Source of the DNA: an uncultured Aquiluna sp.
GTDB taxonomy: Bacteria; Actinomycetota; Actinomycetes; Actinomycetales; Microbacteriaceae
Assembly (NCBI GenBank): GCA_913775595.1
Contig: CAJYLB010000001.1
Span: 1,065,135 to 1,129,134 of the forward strand
Direction of reading: 5' to 3'
Length of the DNA stretch: 64,000 nucleotides
Under the pieces are notes generated by a model, which ran no database searches, had not been told where the DNA came from, and saw nothing but the letters and a program-made list of their open reading frames with translations. Shown in pieces: positions 28,503-39,776 of this stretch. The first letter of the stretch is position 1. The number at the start of each line of letters is the position of its first letter. The translations under genes were made by a program, and so were the position numbers.

Positions 28503-28949
28503 ATGAAGAAATTATTTCCTGAATCTATAGACAATAAGAATCCAAATAAATTTGTCCTGATTTTCGCCTGGCTACTCTTTGGTTTCAACATGTTTCGAAG
28601 TCTGGAGCACATATTTAGTGAGGATGGCGGCGCTGAATCTATCGCTGGTATTCCGCTGAGTACTTATTCAGCTGAGGCTGCAAACAACATCGTTTCGATG
28701 TTCGCTCAATGGGGCTTTTCGCAATTAGTTCTATCGCTCTTTTTCCTACTTGTGCTGATGAGGATGCGAGACCTTATACCTCTTATGTTGCTAATTCTTG
28801 CTCTTGAAAACATTCTTAGGTTGGTTGTGGGGCTCTATAAGCCTCTAGTTCTAGGAGACGCACCTCCAGGGTCACTTTCGTGGGTTATCGGACTTGTTAC
28901 CCTCGCTGTATTTTTTCTCTCAATTAGGGAAAAGAGGGTAGGTAAGTAG
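28503..28949 (+). CDS. hypothetical membrane protein (islet cargo)
   Basis: 148 aa with about 4 hydrophobic segments. AT-rich 5' end and no recognisable motif. Confidence 0.5.
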   Translation: MKKLFPESIDNKNPNKFVLIFAWLLFGFNMFRSLEHIFSEDGGAESIAGIPLSTYSAEAANNIVSMFAQWGFSQLVLSLFFLLVLMRMRDLIPLMLLILALENILRLVVGLYKPLVLGDAPPGSLSWVIGLVTLAVFFLSIREKRVGK

Positions 28950-29037
28950 AAATTTCTCTTGTTACAGAAATCGCAAATCCCAAAACTAAATCCACAGCTC
29001 TGGCCATAGGCATGGACAAACAGTCGCCGTTGGGCAA

Positions 29038-29075
29038 AAGAAAAAGACCCTCCCGTTTCTGGGAGGGTCTTTTTT
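29038..29075 (-). terminator. rho-independent terminator downstream of tRNA-Ala
   Basis: On the - strand: GACCCTCCC-agaaac-GGGAGGGTC followed by TTTTTCTTTT. Confidence 0.7.
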
Positions 29076-29093
29076 GTGGAGACTAGGGGGGTC
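29073..29093. repeat. direct repeat copy 2 (inside and just downstream of the intact tRNA-Ala 3' end)
   Basis: TTTGTGGAGACTAGGGGGGTC, identical to 28255-28275. Confidence 0.85.
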
Positions 29094-29149
29094 GAACCCC
29101 TGACCCCCTGCTTGCAAAGCAGGTGCTCTACCAACTGAGCTAAGTCCCC
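29077..29149 (-). tRNA. tRNA-Ala (TGC)
   Basis: Reverse complement is GGGGACTTAGCTCAGTTGGTAGAGCACCTGCTTTGCAAGCAGGGGGTCAGGGGTTCGACCCCCCTAGTCTCCA. It has the G3:U70 identity pair and anticodon loop TTTGCAA. No CCA is encoded. Confidence 0.93.
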
Positions 29150-29183
29150 AAAGCGAGCCTCCCCAAGTGGAAAGTGCTCACCG

Positions 29184-29257
29184 TGGGCCTAGGAGGACTT
29201 GAACCTCCGACCTCTTCATTATCAGTGAAGCGCTCTAACCACCTGAGCTATAGGCCC
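29184..29257 (-). tRNA. tRNA-Ile (GAT)
   Basis: Reverse complement is GGGCCTATAGCTCAGGTGGTTAGAGCGCTTCACTGATAATGAAGAGGTCGGAGGTTCAAGTCCTCCTAGGCCCA. Anticodon loop CTGATAA. No CCA is encoded. Confidence 0.93.
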
Positions 29258-29312
29258 GTAGAGCATCACAACATTACTAAAGATTCCCCAAGCTAACAAA
29301 CCCTAAAAAGGA

Positions 29313-29714
29313 TTAGTTATTGGTGAAGGTTAGAGAGATGCCCCCAACCAGCTTTGAGATCAGGTTGAAGATTAAGGCATAAATTGCCGCAAGGGCCGTT
29401 GTTATCACCAAATTCAATAGCGCAAGAGTCAAAGCAGTTGACATAACATTGTCAAAAGAGAACTCGTCCTCGAGGTTGAAGGCATTTGCCTCTCCGAGAA
29501 CCGAGGAAAGCAATCCACCAACCGCCGAGAATACTCCTGAGTTTGCAAGGACTGACCAGATCAGCCAGGCTCCCACGATGATTGCAATGCCGGCGGCTAT
29601 CGCCACAAAGAATCCAACCTTTGTGGCAGACCAAACGTCAATCACCCGTAGCTTGAGGCGAATCTGCTTTCGTGCCTCTTTGGGCTTATTGCTCCGATTG
29701 AACAGGCTCGCCAA
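29313..29714 (-). CDS. DUF3566 domain-containing transmembrane protein
   Basis: 133 aa. Basic N-terminus, then [19 protein letters not shown] and TM helices. It occupies the conserved slot directly after gyrA in actinobacteria and overlaps the gyrA end by 29 nt. Confidence 0.75.
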   Translation of the reverse strand: MASLFNRSNKPKEARKQIRLKLRVIDVWSATKVGFFVAIAAGIAIIVGAWLIWSVLANSGVFSAVGGLLSSVLGEANAFNLEDEFSFDNVMSTALTLALLNLVITTALAAIYALIFNLISKLVGGISLTFTNN

Positions 29715-32190
29715 CTTCGGCTCCTTCTTCGTTTGACTCTAGGTTTCGCTCGCTGTTTTTGGCCAGCGAGAGCACCGAGTCCCCTTCTTCGAATCTAGCA
29801 AACACTACACCCATCGTGTCCCTACCTTTGGCGGGGACCTCGCTGGCGTTGGTTCGAATCACTTTGCCCGAGGCAAGAACAACAAGCACCTCGTCATTCT
29901 CTTCAACGATTAGCGAGCCAACTAGATCGCCGCGCTTTTCGTCAAGCTTCGCGACCTTGATGCCCAAGCCACCGCGGTTCTGAACTCGGTATTGCTCGGA
30001 TGCCGTGCGCTTGGCATAGCCACCCTCGGTGACAACAAAAACAAAACCGGCGCTGCCAATCACACTGGCAGAGAGCAGCTCGTCGTCCTTTCGGAACTTC
30101 ATGCCCACGACACCAGAGGTGTCGCGACCCATTGGCCTTAGCGTTGCATTGTCGGCCTTGAAGCAGATTGACATGCCCTTGCGGCTGACTAGCAGCAGGT
30201 AGTTCTCCTCATTAACCAACATCGCGTTTACTAGCTCGTCGCCCTCGCGGAGCTTGATGGCGATGATGCCTCCTGTGCGGGCGGTGTCATAAAGCTCCAG
30301 CGAGGTCTTCTTGACTAGCCCGCTTCTGGTTGCAAGTACTAGATACGGCGACTGCTGGTAATCCTTGAGGTCAATTACCTCCACAACCCGCTCATCTGGC
30401 TGAAGAGCCAACAGGTTTGCAACGTGCTGACCCTTGGCGTCTCTACCGGCCTCTTGAATCTCATAGACCTTAGAGCGGTAGACCCTTCCGGTATTGGTGA
30501 AGAACATCAGCCAGTGGTGCGTGGTCGAGACAATGAAGTTTTGAACGACGTCGTCGGCCCTGAGGCTTGCGCCCCTCACTCCCTTACCTCCACGATGCTG
30601 GATGCGATAGTTGCTGGAACGGGTGCGCTTGATGTAGCCGCCAGAGGTGAGGGTAACCACCATCTCCTCTTCCGGAATTAGATCCTCAACTGTCACATCC
30701 CCGTCGAAGCCCATGAGAATCTCGCTGCGGCGATCGTCACCGTACTTGGAGACGATTTCGTCAAGCTCTTCGCCAACAATCTTTCGCTGCAACGACTCGT
30801 CCTTGATGATCTTCTGGTAGCCCTTGATCTCTTTCTCGAGTTCAGCTGCCTCGTCGATGATCTTTTGACGCTCCAGGGCTGCTAGCTGACGAAGCTGCAT
30901 GTTAAGGATTGCCCTTGCCTGCAGCTCATCGATCTTGAGCAGCTTGATCAAACCGTCTCTTGCATCCTCAACCGTCTGGCTCTTGCGAATCAGAGCAATG
31001 ACCTCGTCGAGGGCATCTAGGGCCTTGAGGTAGCCGCGCAGAATGTGGGCACGCTCCTCGGCCTTTTTGAGCCTGAACTGGGTGCGACGAACGATGATCG
31101 CGATCTGGTGGGTGATCCAGTTAGAGATAAAGCCATCCAAGGAAAGGGTTCTTGGCACACCATCCACCAGAGCCAACATGTTGGCGCCAAAGTTTTCCTG
31201 CAGCTGTGTGTACTTATAGAGGTTGTTGAGGACGACCCTGGCAACAGCATCCTTCTTAAGGACGATAACTAGCCTCTGACCCGTTCTACCCGAAGTCTCA
31301 TCACGGATGTCTGCGATTCCGGTGAGCTTGCCGTCCTTGACAAGCTCGGCGATCTTGAGAGCGAGGTTGTCTGGGTTTACCTGGTAGGGAAGCTCTGTCA
31401 CGACTAGGCAGGTGCGGCCCTGGACTTCTTCGACGTTCACGACTGCGCGCATGGTGATGGATCCGCGGCCGGTGCGGTAGGCATCCTCGATGCCTCTGCG
31501 GCCCAGAATCTGAGCGCCGGTTGGGAAGTCAGGTCCCTTCACAATCTTGATCAGTTCCTCAACGAGGGCCTCACCGGATAGTTCGGGGTGCTCGAGGGAG
31601 AACTTGGCCGCCTCGGCAACCTCACGGAGGTTGTGAGGAGGGATGTTGGTAGCCATACCAACAGCGATACCAATTGAGCCGTTTACAAGTAGGTTCGGGA
31701 ACCTCGAAGGCAAAATGGTGGGCTCTTGGGTTCTACCGTCATAGTTGTCTTGAAAGTCGACGGTCTCCTCGTCGATGTCACGAACCATCTCCATGGCAAG
31801 CGGTGCCATCTTGCACTCGGTATACCTTGGAGCGGCGGCGGGATCGTTTCCTGGTGAGCCGAAGTTACCCTGGCCCCAAACCAACGGATAACGAAGGTTC
31901 CAGTCTTGGACCAGGCGCACCAGAGTGTCGTAGATGGCACTATCACCGTGAGGGTGGAATTGTCCCATGACATCGCCCACAACCCTTGAGCACTTGGAGA
32001 ACTGCTTGTCTGGTCGGTAGCCACCGTCATACATCGCATAGAGCACCCTGCGGTGAACCGGCTTTAGGCCATCTCTGACGTCCGGCAGTGCCCTACCCAC
32101 GATGACGCTCATGGCGTAGTCGAGGTAGCTTCGCTGCATCTCGACCTGGAGGTCGATCTGCTCTATTTTGTCTAGCTGGTTATCTGACAT
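29686..32190 (-). CDS. gyrA: DNA gyrase subunit A
   Basis: 834 aa. [14 protein letters not shown], active-site AAAPRYTE, and C-terminal beta-pinwheel repeats. Confidence 0.97.
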   Translation of the reverse strand: MSDNQLDKIEQIDLQVEMQRSYLDYAMSVIVGRALPDVRDGLKPVHRRVLYAMYDGGYRPDKQFSKCSRVVGDVMGQFHPHGDSAIYDTLVRLVQDWNLRYPLVWGQGNFGSPGNDPAAAPRYTECKMAPLAMEMVRDIDEETVDFQDNYDGRTQEPTILPSRFPNLLVNGSIGIAVGMATNIPPHNLREVAEAAKFSLEHPELSGEALVEELIKIVKGPDFPTGAQILGRRGIEDAYRTGRGSITMRAVVNVEEVQGRTCLVVTELPYQVNPDNLALKIAELVKDGKLTGIADIRDETSGRTGQRLVIVLKKDAVARVVLNNLYKYTQLQENFGANMLALVDGVPRTLSLDGFISNWITHQIAIIVRRTQFRLKKAEERAHILRGYLKALDALDEVIALIRKSQTVEDARDGLIKLLKIDELQARAILNMQLRQLAALERQKIIDEAAELEKEIKGYQKIIKDESLQRKIVGEELDEIVSKYGDDRRSEILMGFDGDVTVEDLIPEEEMVVTLTSGGYIKRTRSSNYRIQHRGGKGVRGASLRADDVVQNFIVSTTHHWLMFFTNTGRVYRSKVYEIQEAGRDAKGQHVANLLALQPDERVVEVIDLKDYQQSPYLVLATRSGLVKKTSLELYDTARTGGIIAIKLREGDELVNAMLVNEENYLLLVSRKGMSICFKADNATLRPMGRDTSGVVGMKFRKDDELLSASVIGSAGFVFVVTEGGYAKRTASEQYRVQNRGGLGIKVAKLDEKRGDLVGSLIVEENDEVLVVLASGKVIRTNASEVPAKGRDTMGVVFARFEEGDSVLSLAKNSERNLESNEEGAEVGEPVQSEQ

Positions 32191-32203
32191 TTATCTCTCC
32201 TGC

Positions 32204-34225
<2,022 letters not shown>

Positions 34226-34262
34226 CTACCGCAGAGGCCTCAAAAGACCGGGGATATGGTGA

Positions 34263-34739
34263 TTAGCCGTACGTGTCTCTTGGGCCCCGCCCTGGCACAG
34301 ATCTGGGGCCTTTTTTCCAATTCGGCGCAGCCGGCCCAATAAATCTCATTTCCAAAACCCCAAGGTCTGGGTATTGCTCCTGGACCCTCGCAAGAATCTG
34401 GTCCTTCAATAACCGAAGCTGTGTTGCCCACGCCGTGGATCTGCACTGCACGGTCATCACCTTGCCCTCCAGAGAAACCGGTTGTGAAGCCGCAGCATTG
34501 TCGGAGCCGACGAGGCGTTCCCAGTCGAGAAAGAGCGCCTCCTTTTCGACCTTCCCAAGCCAGTCGTTCTCGGTCATTAGCTCCTCGATGGAGGATGATG
34601 CCCTGATTGGCTCCCTGCCCTTTTCGAAAGGTTGTGATCCCCGGGACTTACTCTCGCGCCTTTTTTGATCGCGGGTTTTCCTACCCAGCCCTGAAACAAA
34701 TTCTTTGTAGAAGCGGTCCGCCGCGTCGAAACTAATCAC
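34263..34739 (-). CDS. DUF721 domain protein (DciA-like, position of M. tuberculosis Rv0004)
   Basis: 158 aa. The core WERLVG...VSLEGKVMTVQCRSTAWATQLRLL matches the DUF721 pattern. 8-nt overlap with recF. recF-DUF721-gyrB synteny. Confidence 0.75.
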   Translation of the reverse strand: MISFDAADRFYKEFVSGLGRKTRDQKRRESKSRGSQPFEKGREPIRASSSIEELMTENDWLGKVEKEALFLDWERLVGSDNAAASQPVSLEGKVMTVQCRSTAWATQLRLLKDQILARVQEQYPDLGVLEMRFIGPAAPNWKKGPRSVPGRGPRDTYG

Positions 34740-35850
34740 GCTTCACCTCGCCGCCGGAAACAGAGAAGCTAGCGTCCCAGCTGAGTTCTGGGGTTGCAGC
34801 CGGGTCCGCGGCAGTAACCAGTACCTGCTGAAAGCCCCGGACGAACTCGACCAGGCGCTCCCGCCTACCTGGATCCAAAACCGCGAACACGTCATCCAGT
34901 ATTACTACAGGGTCTCCGCCCGGGCGCTCACGAAGCTGCGATGCCACGGCGAGTTTCAGACCAAGGGCTATAGACCACGCCTCGCCCTGTGAGGCATGAG
35001 TTCGAGCAACGAGGCCAGACTTCTTGATTAGCATCTCGTCTCTGTGTGGGCCAGAAAGCGTTAGTCCCCGCTCGAGCTCTTGGCTTCGGTTTTTTTCGAG
35101 GTTCTCTCTTAGCTGTGCGGCTATGTCCGACCTATCAATTTCATCCGGGTCGTCTTGGGCTGAAAGTGATACAAGTTCTAGCTCGAGTTTCTCTTCTTTG
35201 CCTGCAAGTTGCGAGTAAAAATCTTGGAGGGCTGGGCCAAGAAGGCCTAAAAGTTCAAACCTTGCTTCTGTGATTTGACTACCGAGTTCCACTAGTTGGT
35301 CATCCCAGATGTCTAGGGTTCCTAGGTCGGGGTTTTTCACACCCCTAGCACTTTTCAGAAGAGCATTGCGTTGTTTGAGCACCCGGTCATAATCCAGCCT
35401 CAGTTGCGCTACCCGAGGTTTTAGCAGGGCTGCAGTCTGATCCAGGAAGCTTCTTCTGTCTGCGGGGTCACGACGCACAACATCGAGATCCTCGGGGGCA
35501 AATACAACTGCAGCTAGGTTTCCAAGGATCTCGGCAGCACGTTTTCTTTGCGAACCATTCAAGAAGTATCTATTTGTGGCTGTGGTGTTTATTTCAACAC
35601 CTACTGTTAGTTCCCTATCACCACTTCGCACTTTTGCGGAGACTTGAGCTGATTGGCCTCCGTCAATAACAAGGCTCTTTTGATTGCCTAGTCGATGGGA
35701 GCTGAGGCTAGAGAGGTAACCCACCGCCTCTACAAGATTCGTTTTGCCCTCACCGTTGGCACCGTGGATGAGGTTTCGTCCCTCTACCGGGGCTAACTGG
35801 AGTGATTGGTAATTTCTAAACCCAGCTAGCTGCAGCTCTGAAACCCACAA
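34732..35850 (-). CDS. recF: DNA replication/repair protein RecF
   Basis: 372 aa. Walker A GANGEGKTN and SMC-like signature. Located after dnaN. Confidence 0.93.
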   Translation of the reverse strand: MWVSELQLAGFRNYQSLQLAPVEGRNLIHGANGEGKTNLVEAVGYLSSLSSHRLGNQKSLVIDGGQSAQVSAKVRSGDRELTVGVEINTTATNRYFLNGSQRKRAAEILGNLAAVVFAPEDLDVVRRDPADRRSFLDQTAALLKPRVAQLRLDYDRVLKQRNALLKSARGVKNPDLGTLDIWDDQLVELGSQITEARFELLGLLGPALQDFYSQLAGKEEKLELELVSLSAQDDPDEIDRSDIAAQLRENLEKNRSQELERGLTLSGPHRDEMLIKKSGLVARTHASQGEAWSIALGLKLAVASQLRERPGGDPVVILDDVFAVLDPGRRERLVEFVRGFQQVLVTAADPAATPELSWDASFSVSGGEVKRD

Positions 35851-35864
35851 AATTACCTACTGGC

Positions 35865-36986
35865 TTAAGAGACAAGCAGGTTTGGTTGGAGGAGGTATTT
35901 ATAGGTGTTGTTCGAGCCAACGGGGGTGATTAGTACCGGTCCTGGCTTGTTGGGGTTGTTTGGGTTTGTAGTGAAACCGATTTGGACCATTTCCGTTTCT
36001 ACTGAGCTAAGAGCGTCGATTAGGAACTGTGGCTTGAGGGAAACAACCGTGTCTTCTCCAGTGAGTGAGCAGGTCACCTGTTCCGAGGCATCTGCCACAT
36101 CTGAACCAATTGACTCAAGGTTTACCTCTGCCCCGGAGAAACTGAAGCGGATCGGCTTATCTCTGTCAACAACCAGGCTTACGCGCTTTGTGGCATCCGC
36201 CAAATCACCTGTGTTTACAACAGCAAAATGAGGGGTTTCGCTCGGAAAGAGCTGCAAAACGGCCGGGTACTTACCTTTTATTGTGGAGGTGGCGACCATT
36301 TTGTTTCCAGAGGTGAAGCCAACCATTTCTTTTTCGCCTTCACCCAGTCCAACATGGACATCCTCACCAGATGCAAAGGTTTTGGCGATTTCCGATATCA
36401 CCCGAGCTGGTATGAGAACATCACTTTCTTTGGCGGCTTTACTCCATGGAACGGATTTGACTGCAACCCTGAAACGATCCGTTGCCACGAGTGATAGTTC
36501 TTTGGAAGAGCTGGACATCATTACTGCGGTTAGAACAGGAGTTACTTCTTCTCGGCTAGCTGCAATCGATACCTCAGCCACGGCACTTGCAAAATCCTCT
36601 GCGATTAGGCTTCCGGAACCGCTTGGTACGTCGGGGGTTTGCGGGTATTCAGCCATACTCATAGCCGACAGAGAAAATTTGCTTGAGCCTGAAGTTATCG
36701 AGACCCTGGAGTCTCCAAGATCGAGGGAGACCGTGTCTCCTGGAAGCTTGGAGACAATCTCTGAAAGCAGCCTTGCCTGAACAAGGGTTTTTCCGGGCTT
36801 TTCCACTGACGCATTGATTGTTACCTTTGCGACGACTTCGTAATCAAAAATTGACAAAGTCACTTTCGAGTCTTGGGCGTCGATGAGAGCTCCGGAAAGC
36901 TGGGGCAACTGAGGCCTGGGTGAGAGCATCCTCACAACAAAAGAAACTGCATCACTAAGCACATCGCGATCAGCTTGAAATTTCAT
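35865..36986 (-). CDS. dnaN: DNA polymerase III subunit beta (sliding clamp)
   Basis: 373 aa. MKFQADRDVLSDAV... three-domain clamp. Located next to dnaA. Confidence 0.95.
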   Translation of the reverse strand: MKFQADRDVLSDAVSFVVRMLSPRPQLPQLSGALIDAQDSKVTLSIFDYEVVAKVTINASVEKPGKTLVQARLLSEIVSKLPGDTVSLDLGDSRVSITSGSSKFSLSAMSMAEYPQTPDVPSGSGSLIAEDFASAVAEVSIAASREEVTPVLTAVMMSSSSKELSLVATDRFRVAVKSVPWSKAAKESDVLIPARVISEIAKTFASGEDVHVGLGEGEKEMVGFTSGNKMVATSTIKGKYPAVLQLFPSETPHFAVVNTGDLADATKRVSLVVDRDKPIRFSFSGAEVNLESIGSDVADASEQVTCSLTGEDTVVSLKPQFLIDALSSVETEMVQIGFTTNPNNPNKPGPVLITPVGSNNTYKYLLQPNLLVS

Positions 36987-37306
36987 AATTTGCCTTCTGG
37001 AAAACTAGGGGGTTTTATCTTGGCACAGCACAGGAGTATCTTCACATTTTCTTCTGATCCCCATAATTTCCAATTTTCTATCTCTAGTTATTCAAAACAA
37101 TAACCAACTGTGGAATATGGGATAACTTCCTCAAACCCCTTTGAAATCTGAAAACTACATGATTGTAAGTTGTTTACACAATTGTGGATAAACCTGTGGA
37201 TAAGTCAGCCACCTGTTGATGAAATAGGGGTTTTTGGTTTGACGACGAGGTTTATTCAGGTTCCAGAGAGGACTTATCCACAGTTTTCCTGTGGTTATTC
37301 ACAAAT
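36987..37306. other. oriC, dnaA-dnaN intergenic part (DnaA boxes plus AT-rich stretch)
   Basis: Perfect TTATCCACA boxes at 37183-37191 (rc), 37195-37203 (rc) and 37274-37282. Weaker boxes at 37109-37117 and 37290-37298. AT-rich tract at about 37040-37180. Confidence 0.8.
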
Positions 37307-38698
37307 TTATTTGTGAGAATCTTTGATTTTTTGAATGATTTCAGACACCTGGTTGTAGATGTAGCGTCTCTCGCGCATTAGGGCGCTTATTTTTTTGGTC
37401 GCATACATAACAGTTGTGTGATCCCGGTTACCAAAATGGGCGCCGATTTTTGGCAGGGAAAGATCCGTTAGCTCGCGGCAGATGTGCATGGCAATCTGCC
37501 TCGCCAGGGCAACGGCTTGTTGTCGTCCCGAGCCAGTTATTTCATCGGCACTTAGTTTGTAGTACTCCGCGGTTGCAGAAATTATTGAAAGTGGCGAGAT
37601 GTTAGCCCCATCCGCAATCGCAATGGAGTCTTTCAGGACCACCTGTACCAAGTCCATGTCGATTGGAGCTCGGTTCAGGTTGGCAAAAGCGGTAACTCTA
37701 ATCAGAGTCCCCTCAAGCTCGCGAATGTTTGAAGAGATCCTGGTGGCCATGTATTCAATGACATCGTCGGGGATCTCAATTCGTTCAATTGCCGCCTTTT
37801 TGCGAAGGATGGCAACACGAGTCTCAAATTCGGGGGCCTGGATGTCAGTGATCAGCCCCCACTCGAATCGGGACAGCATCCTCTCCTCAAAGCCCTCAAG
37901 CTGCTTCGGCCGTAGGTCCGAGGTGATAACAACCTGTTTGTTGTGGTCGTGAAGAGTATTGAAGGTGTGGAAGAAGGCCTCTTGGGTTTGGTCCTTACCC
38001 TGCAGAAATTGAATGTCGTCCACTAGCAAGATGTCCACATCGCGATATTGCGCCTGAAACTCAGAAGTCTTGTTGTTTTGAATGGCGTTGATGAAGTCGT
38101 TTGTGAACTCCTCGGAGGAGACGTAGCGAACCTTGATCCTGGGTTTCAGGTGAATCGCATAGTGCCCGATCGCGTGCAGCAAGTGAGTCTTTCCGAGCCC
38201 ACTCGATCCATAGATAAACAGCGGGTTGTATGCCTCTGCTGGCGCCTCGGCTACTGCAAACGCAGCAGCGTGGGCGAAGCGGTTTGATCCGCCCGTTACA
38301 AAACTGTCAAAGCTGTATTTCGGGTTTAGACGCGAGTCTCCGGTTGTGACCACGGGACCGGTTGCTGGATCACGATCCTCATAGGGCAGTGGCTCTGGCT
38401 CGGTTTCCACCTCTACCGAGGTTGCACCCTGGAGTTCTTCGTTGGTGATAGCAACGAAACTTGTCGGACCACCCATTTCGGCGAGCTCAGAGAGAGCTCC
38501 CAGGATTTGATCCCTAAGCCGAACCTGCAGCATGGACCTGGTTGTTTCGTTGGGAACCTCTATGTAGAGGGTGTCATCGAGGACCCCCTTAGGGACCGCA
38601 AGATCAAGATGCCCCTTTAGGTGTGGGGTTACGTCGGGGTGGCTCGCTACCTTTGAGATGAGATTTTGCCAGGAACTTGCCAGAGCAACATCGGCCAT
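37307..38698 (-). CDS. dnaA: chromosomal replication initiator protein DnaA
   Basis: 463 aa. AAA+ Walker A GSSGLGKTHL and C-terminal DNA-binding domain (DHTTVMYA). Confidence 0.97.
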   Translation of the reverse strand: MADVALASSWQNLISKVASHPDVTPHLKGHLDLAVPKGVLDDTLYIEVPNETTRSMLQVRLRDQILGALSELAEMGGPTSFVAITNEELQGATSVEVETEPEPLPYEDRDPATGPVVTTGDSRLNPKYSFDSFVTGGSNRFAHAAAFAVAEAPAEAYNPLFIYGSSGLGKTHLLHAIGHYAIHLKPRIKVRYVSSEEFTNDFINAIQNNKTSEFQAQYRDVDILLVDDIQFLQGKDQTQEAFFHTFNTLHDHNKQVVITSDLRPKQLEGFEERMLSRFEWGLITDIQAPEFETRVAILRKKAAIERIEIPDDVIEYMATRISSNIRELEGTLIRVTAFANLNRAPIDMDLVQVVLKDSIAIADGANISPLSIISATAEYYKLSADEITGSGRQQAVALARQIAMHICRELTDLSLPKIGAHFGNRDHTTVMYATKKISALMRERRYIYNQVSEIIQKIKDSHK

Positions 38699-38719
38699 CT
38701 CTTCTCCCTAAATCACGAG

Positions 38720-38793
38720 TTATCCACAGAGTTTTACACAGACCCACGCCACTGTGGAAAAACTTTATATCTCTGTGGAAAACTTGTGGAAAC
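38720..38793. promoter_or_regulatory. DnaA-box cluster upstream of dnaA (autoregulation / second oriC part)
   Basis: TTATCCACA at 38720-38728. TGTGGAAAA at 38753-38761 and 38774-38782. TGTGGAAAC at 38785-38793. Confidence 0.7.
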
Positions 38794-38926
38794 TATCCCC
38801 ACTAAGTCGATTGCAACATTCAACACAAGACCCTGGAATTTAGCAAATCGAATCGGCGTGTCGTTCGCCAGATTTTTTGAAATTGGTTGTAGGGACTGAA
38901 TCGCGCCCCAGAATCACTAAATCTTC

Positions 38927-38955
38927 TTGACTAAGTCCCGGATTCCACGTAAATT
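38927..38955 (+). promoter_or_regulatory. candidate sigma-70-type promoter for rpmH-rnpA
   Basis: TTGACT (38927-38932), a 17-nt spacer, then TAAATT (38950-38955), about 50 nt upstream of rpmH. Confidence 0.4.
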
Positions 38956-39005
38956 ATTGAGGTTGTCTAGGGCCTGGTGCCCACAAGTTTCAGGAGTTAC
39001 CAAAA

Positions 39006-39143
39006 GTGAGCAAGCGCACATTTCAGCCCAACAACCGCCGTCGTGCTAAGAACCACGGTTTCCGCGCCCGCATGCGCACCCGCGCCGGACGTGCCATCAT
39101 GGCCGCTCGCCGTCGCAAGGGACGCTCAGAGCTCAGCGCCTAA
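39006..39143 (+). CDS. rpmH: 50S ribosomal protein L34
   Basis: Not in the ORF track because it is under 60 aa. From the GTG at 39006 it translates to [54 protein letters not shown] at 38991-38996. Confidence 0.93.
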   Translation: MSKRTFQPNNRRRAKNHGFRARMRTRAGRAIMAARRRKGRSELSA

Positions 39144-39150
39144 GTAGCCT

Positions 39151-39468
39151 TTGTTGCCGCGCGAGAACCGCTTGCGCTCCAGCAGGGAAATCCGCGAGGT
39201 GGTCTCTGCCGGTAAAAGAGTGGGCAGCTCCAGTGCAACCCTGCACTTTTTACCCAGCGAAGTAAATCAGTTCGCAATTATCGTCTCAAAGGCTGTCGGC
39301 TCAGCCGTGGATAGAAATCGGGTCAAACGGCGCATCCGAGCGGTGCTTCGCAATCTCAACCCTGACTCCACCCTTCGAGCTGCGGTCCGTGTAAAACCTG
39401 CGGCAGCAAGAATGTCGTTTCAAGAGCTTTCCCAGGATCTGCAAGAGCTATTCAAAAGGGCAACATGA
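39151..39468 (+). CDS. rnpA: ribonuclease P protein component
   Basis: 105 aa and basic. LPRENRLRSSREI start (TTG). Follows rpmH. Confidence 0.88.
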   Translation: MLPRENRLRSSREIREVVSAGKRVGSSSATLHFLPSEVNQFAIIVSKAVGSAVDRNRVKRRIRAVLRNLNPDSTLRAAVRVKPAAARMSFQELSQDLQELFKRAT

Positions 39469-39776
39469 GATACCTAGTGGCGGCCTATCTCTTGCCCCGA
39501 AACATCTTCATCGGCTTCATATTGTTCTGGAGGAAGCTGATTTCTCCACTTTATGGAAACATCTGTCGCTACTATCCGTCCTGCTCTAGCTACGGACTCA
39601 CCAGTATTCAGCGCTTCGGGCTCATCAAGGGTGTGCCACTGACGGCCTGGCGGATCCTGCGCTGTAACCCTTGGTCTGCTGGTGGTGTCGATGATGTCAA
39701 GCCGGGCCCAGAATGGATCAGCATTGGCAGGCTAGGATTTGTAGGACTCAAACTCTCAAGCAATAGGGGTAACTAG
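39465..39776 (+). CDS. yidD: membrane protein insertion efficiency factor YidD
   Basis: Motif CRYYPSCSSYG...RCNPW. 4-nt overlap with rnpA. Confidence 0.9.
   Translation: MRYLVAAYLLPRNIFIGFILFWRKLISPLYGNICRYYPSCSSYGLTSIQRFGLIKGVPLTAWRILRCNPWSAGGVDDVKPGPEWISIGRLGFVGLKLSSNRGN

Larger units (their letters stand above)
28255..29093. mobile_element. possible decayed tRNA-Ala-targeted integrative islet (no integrase present)
   Basis: Bounded by the 21-nt direct repeat of the tRNA 3' end. The interior is visibly lower in G+C: hand counts give 27% for 28501-28560 and 40-45% for 28681-28860, against about 52% in the flanking genes. It holds a single orphan ORF. Confidence 0.3.

Noticed and set aside
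28334-28612. 92-aa - strand ORF inside the islet, considered as a possible integrase or excisionase remnant
   Set aside because: The translation has no recombinase or HTH motifs. It overlaps the start of the better-supported 148-aa + strand ORF. It is too short and compositionally odd.
28835-29134. 99-aa ORF on the - strand spanning the islet end and tRNA-Ala
   Set aside because: It runs straight through the tRNA-Ala gene and its terminator, so it is an ORF-caller artefact.
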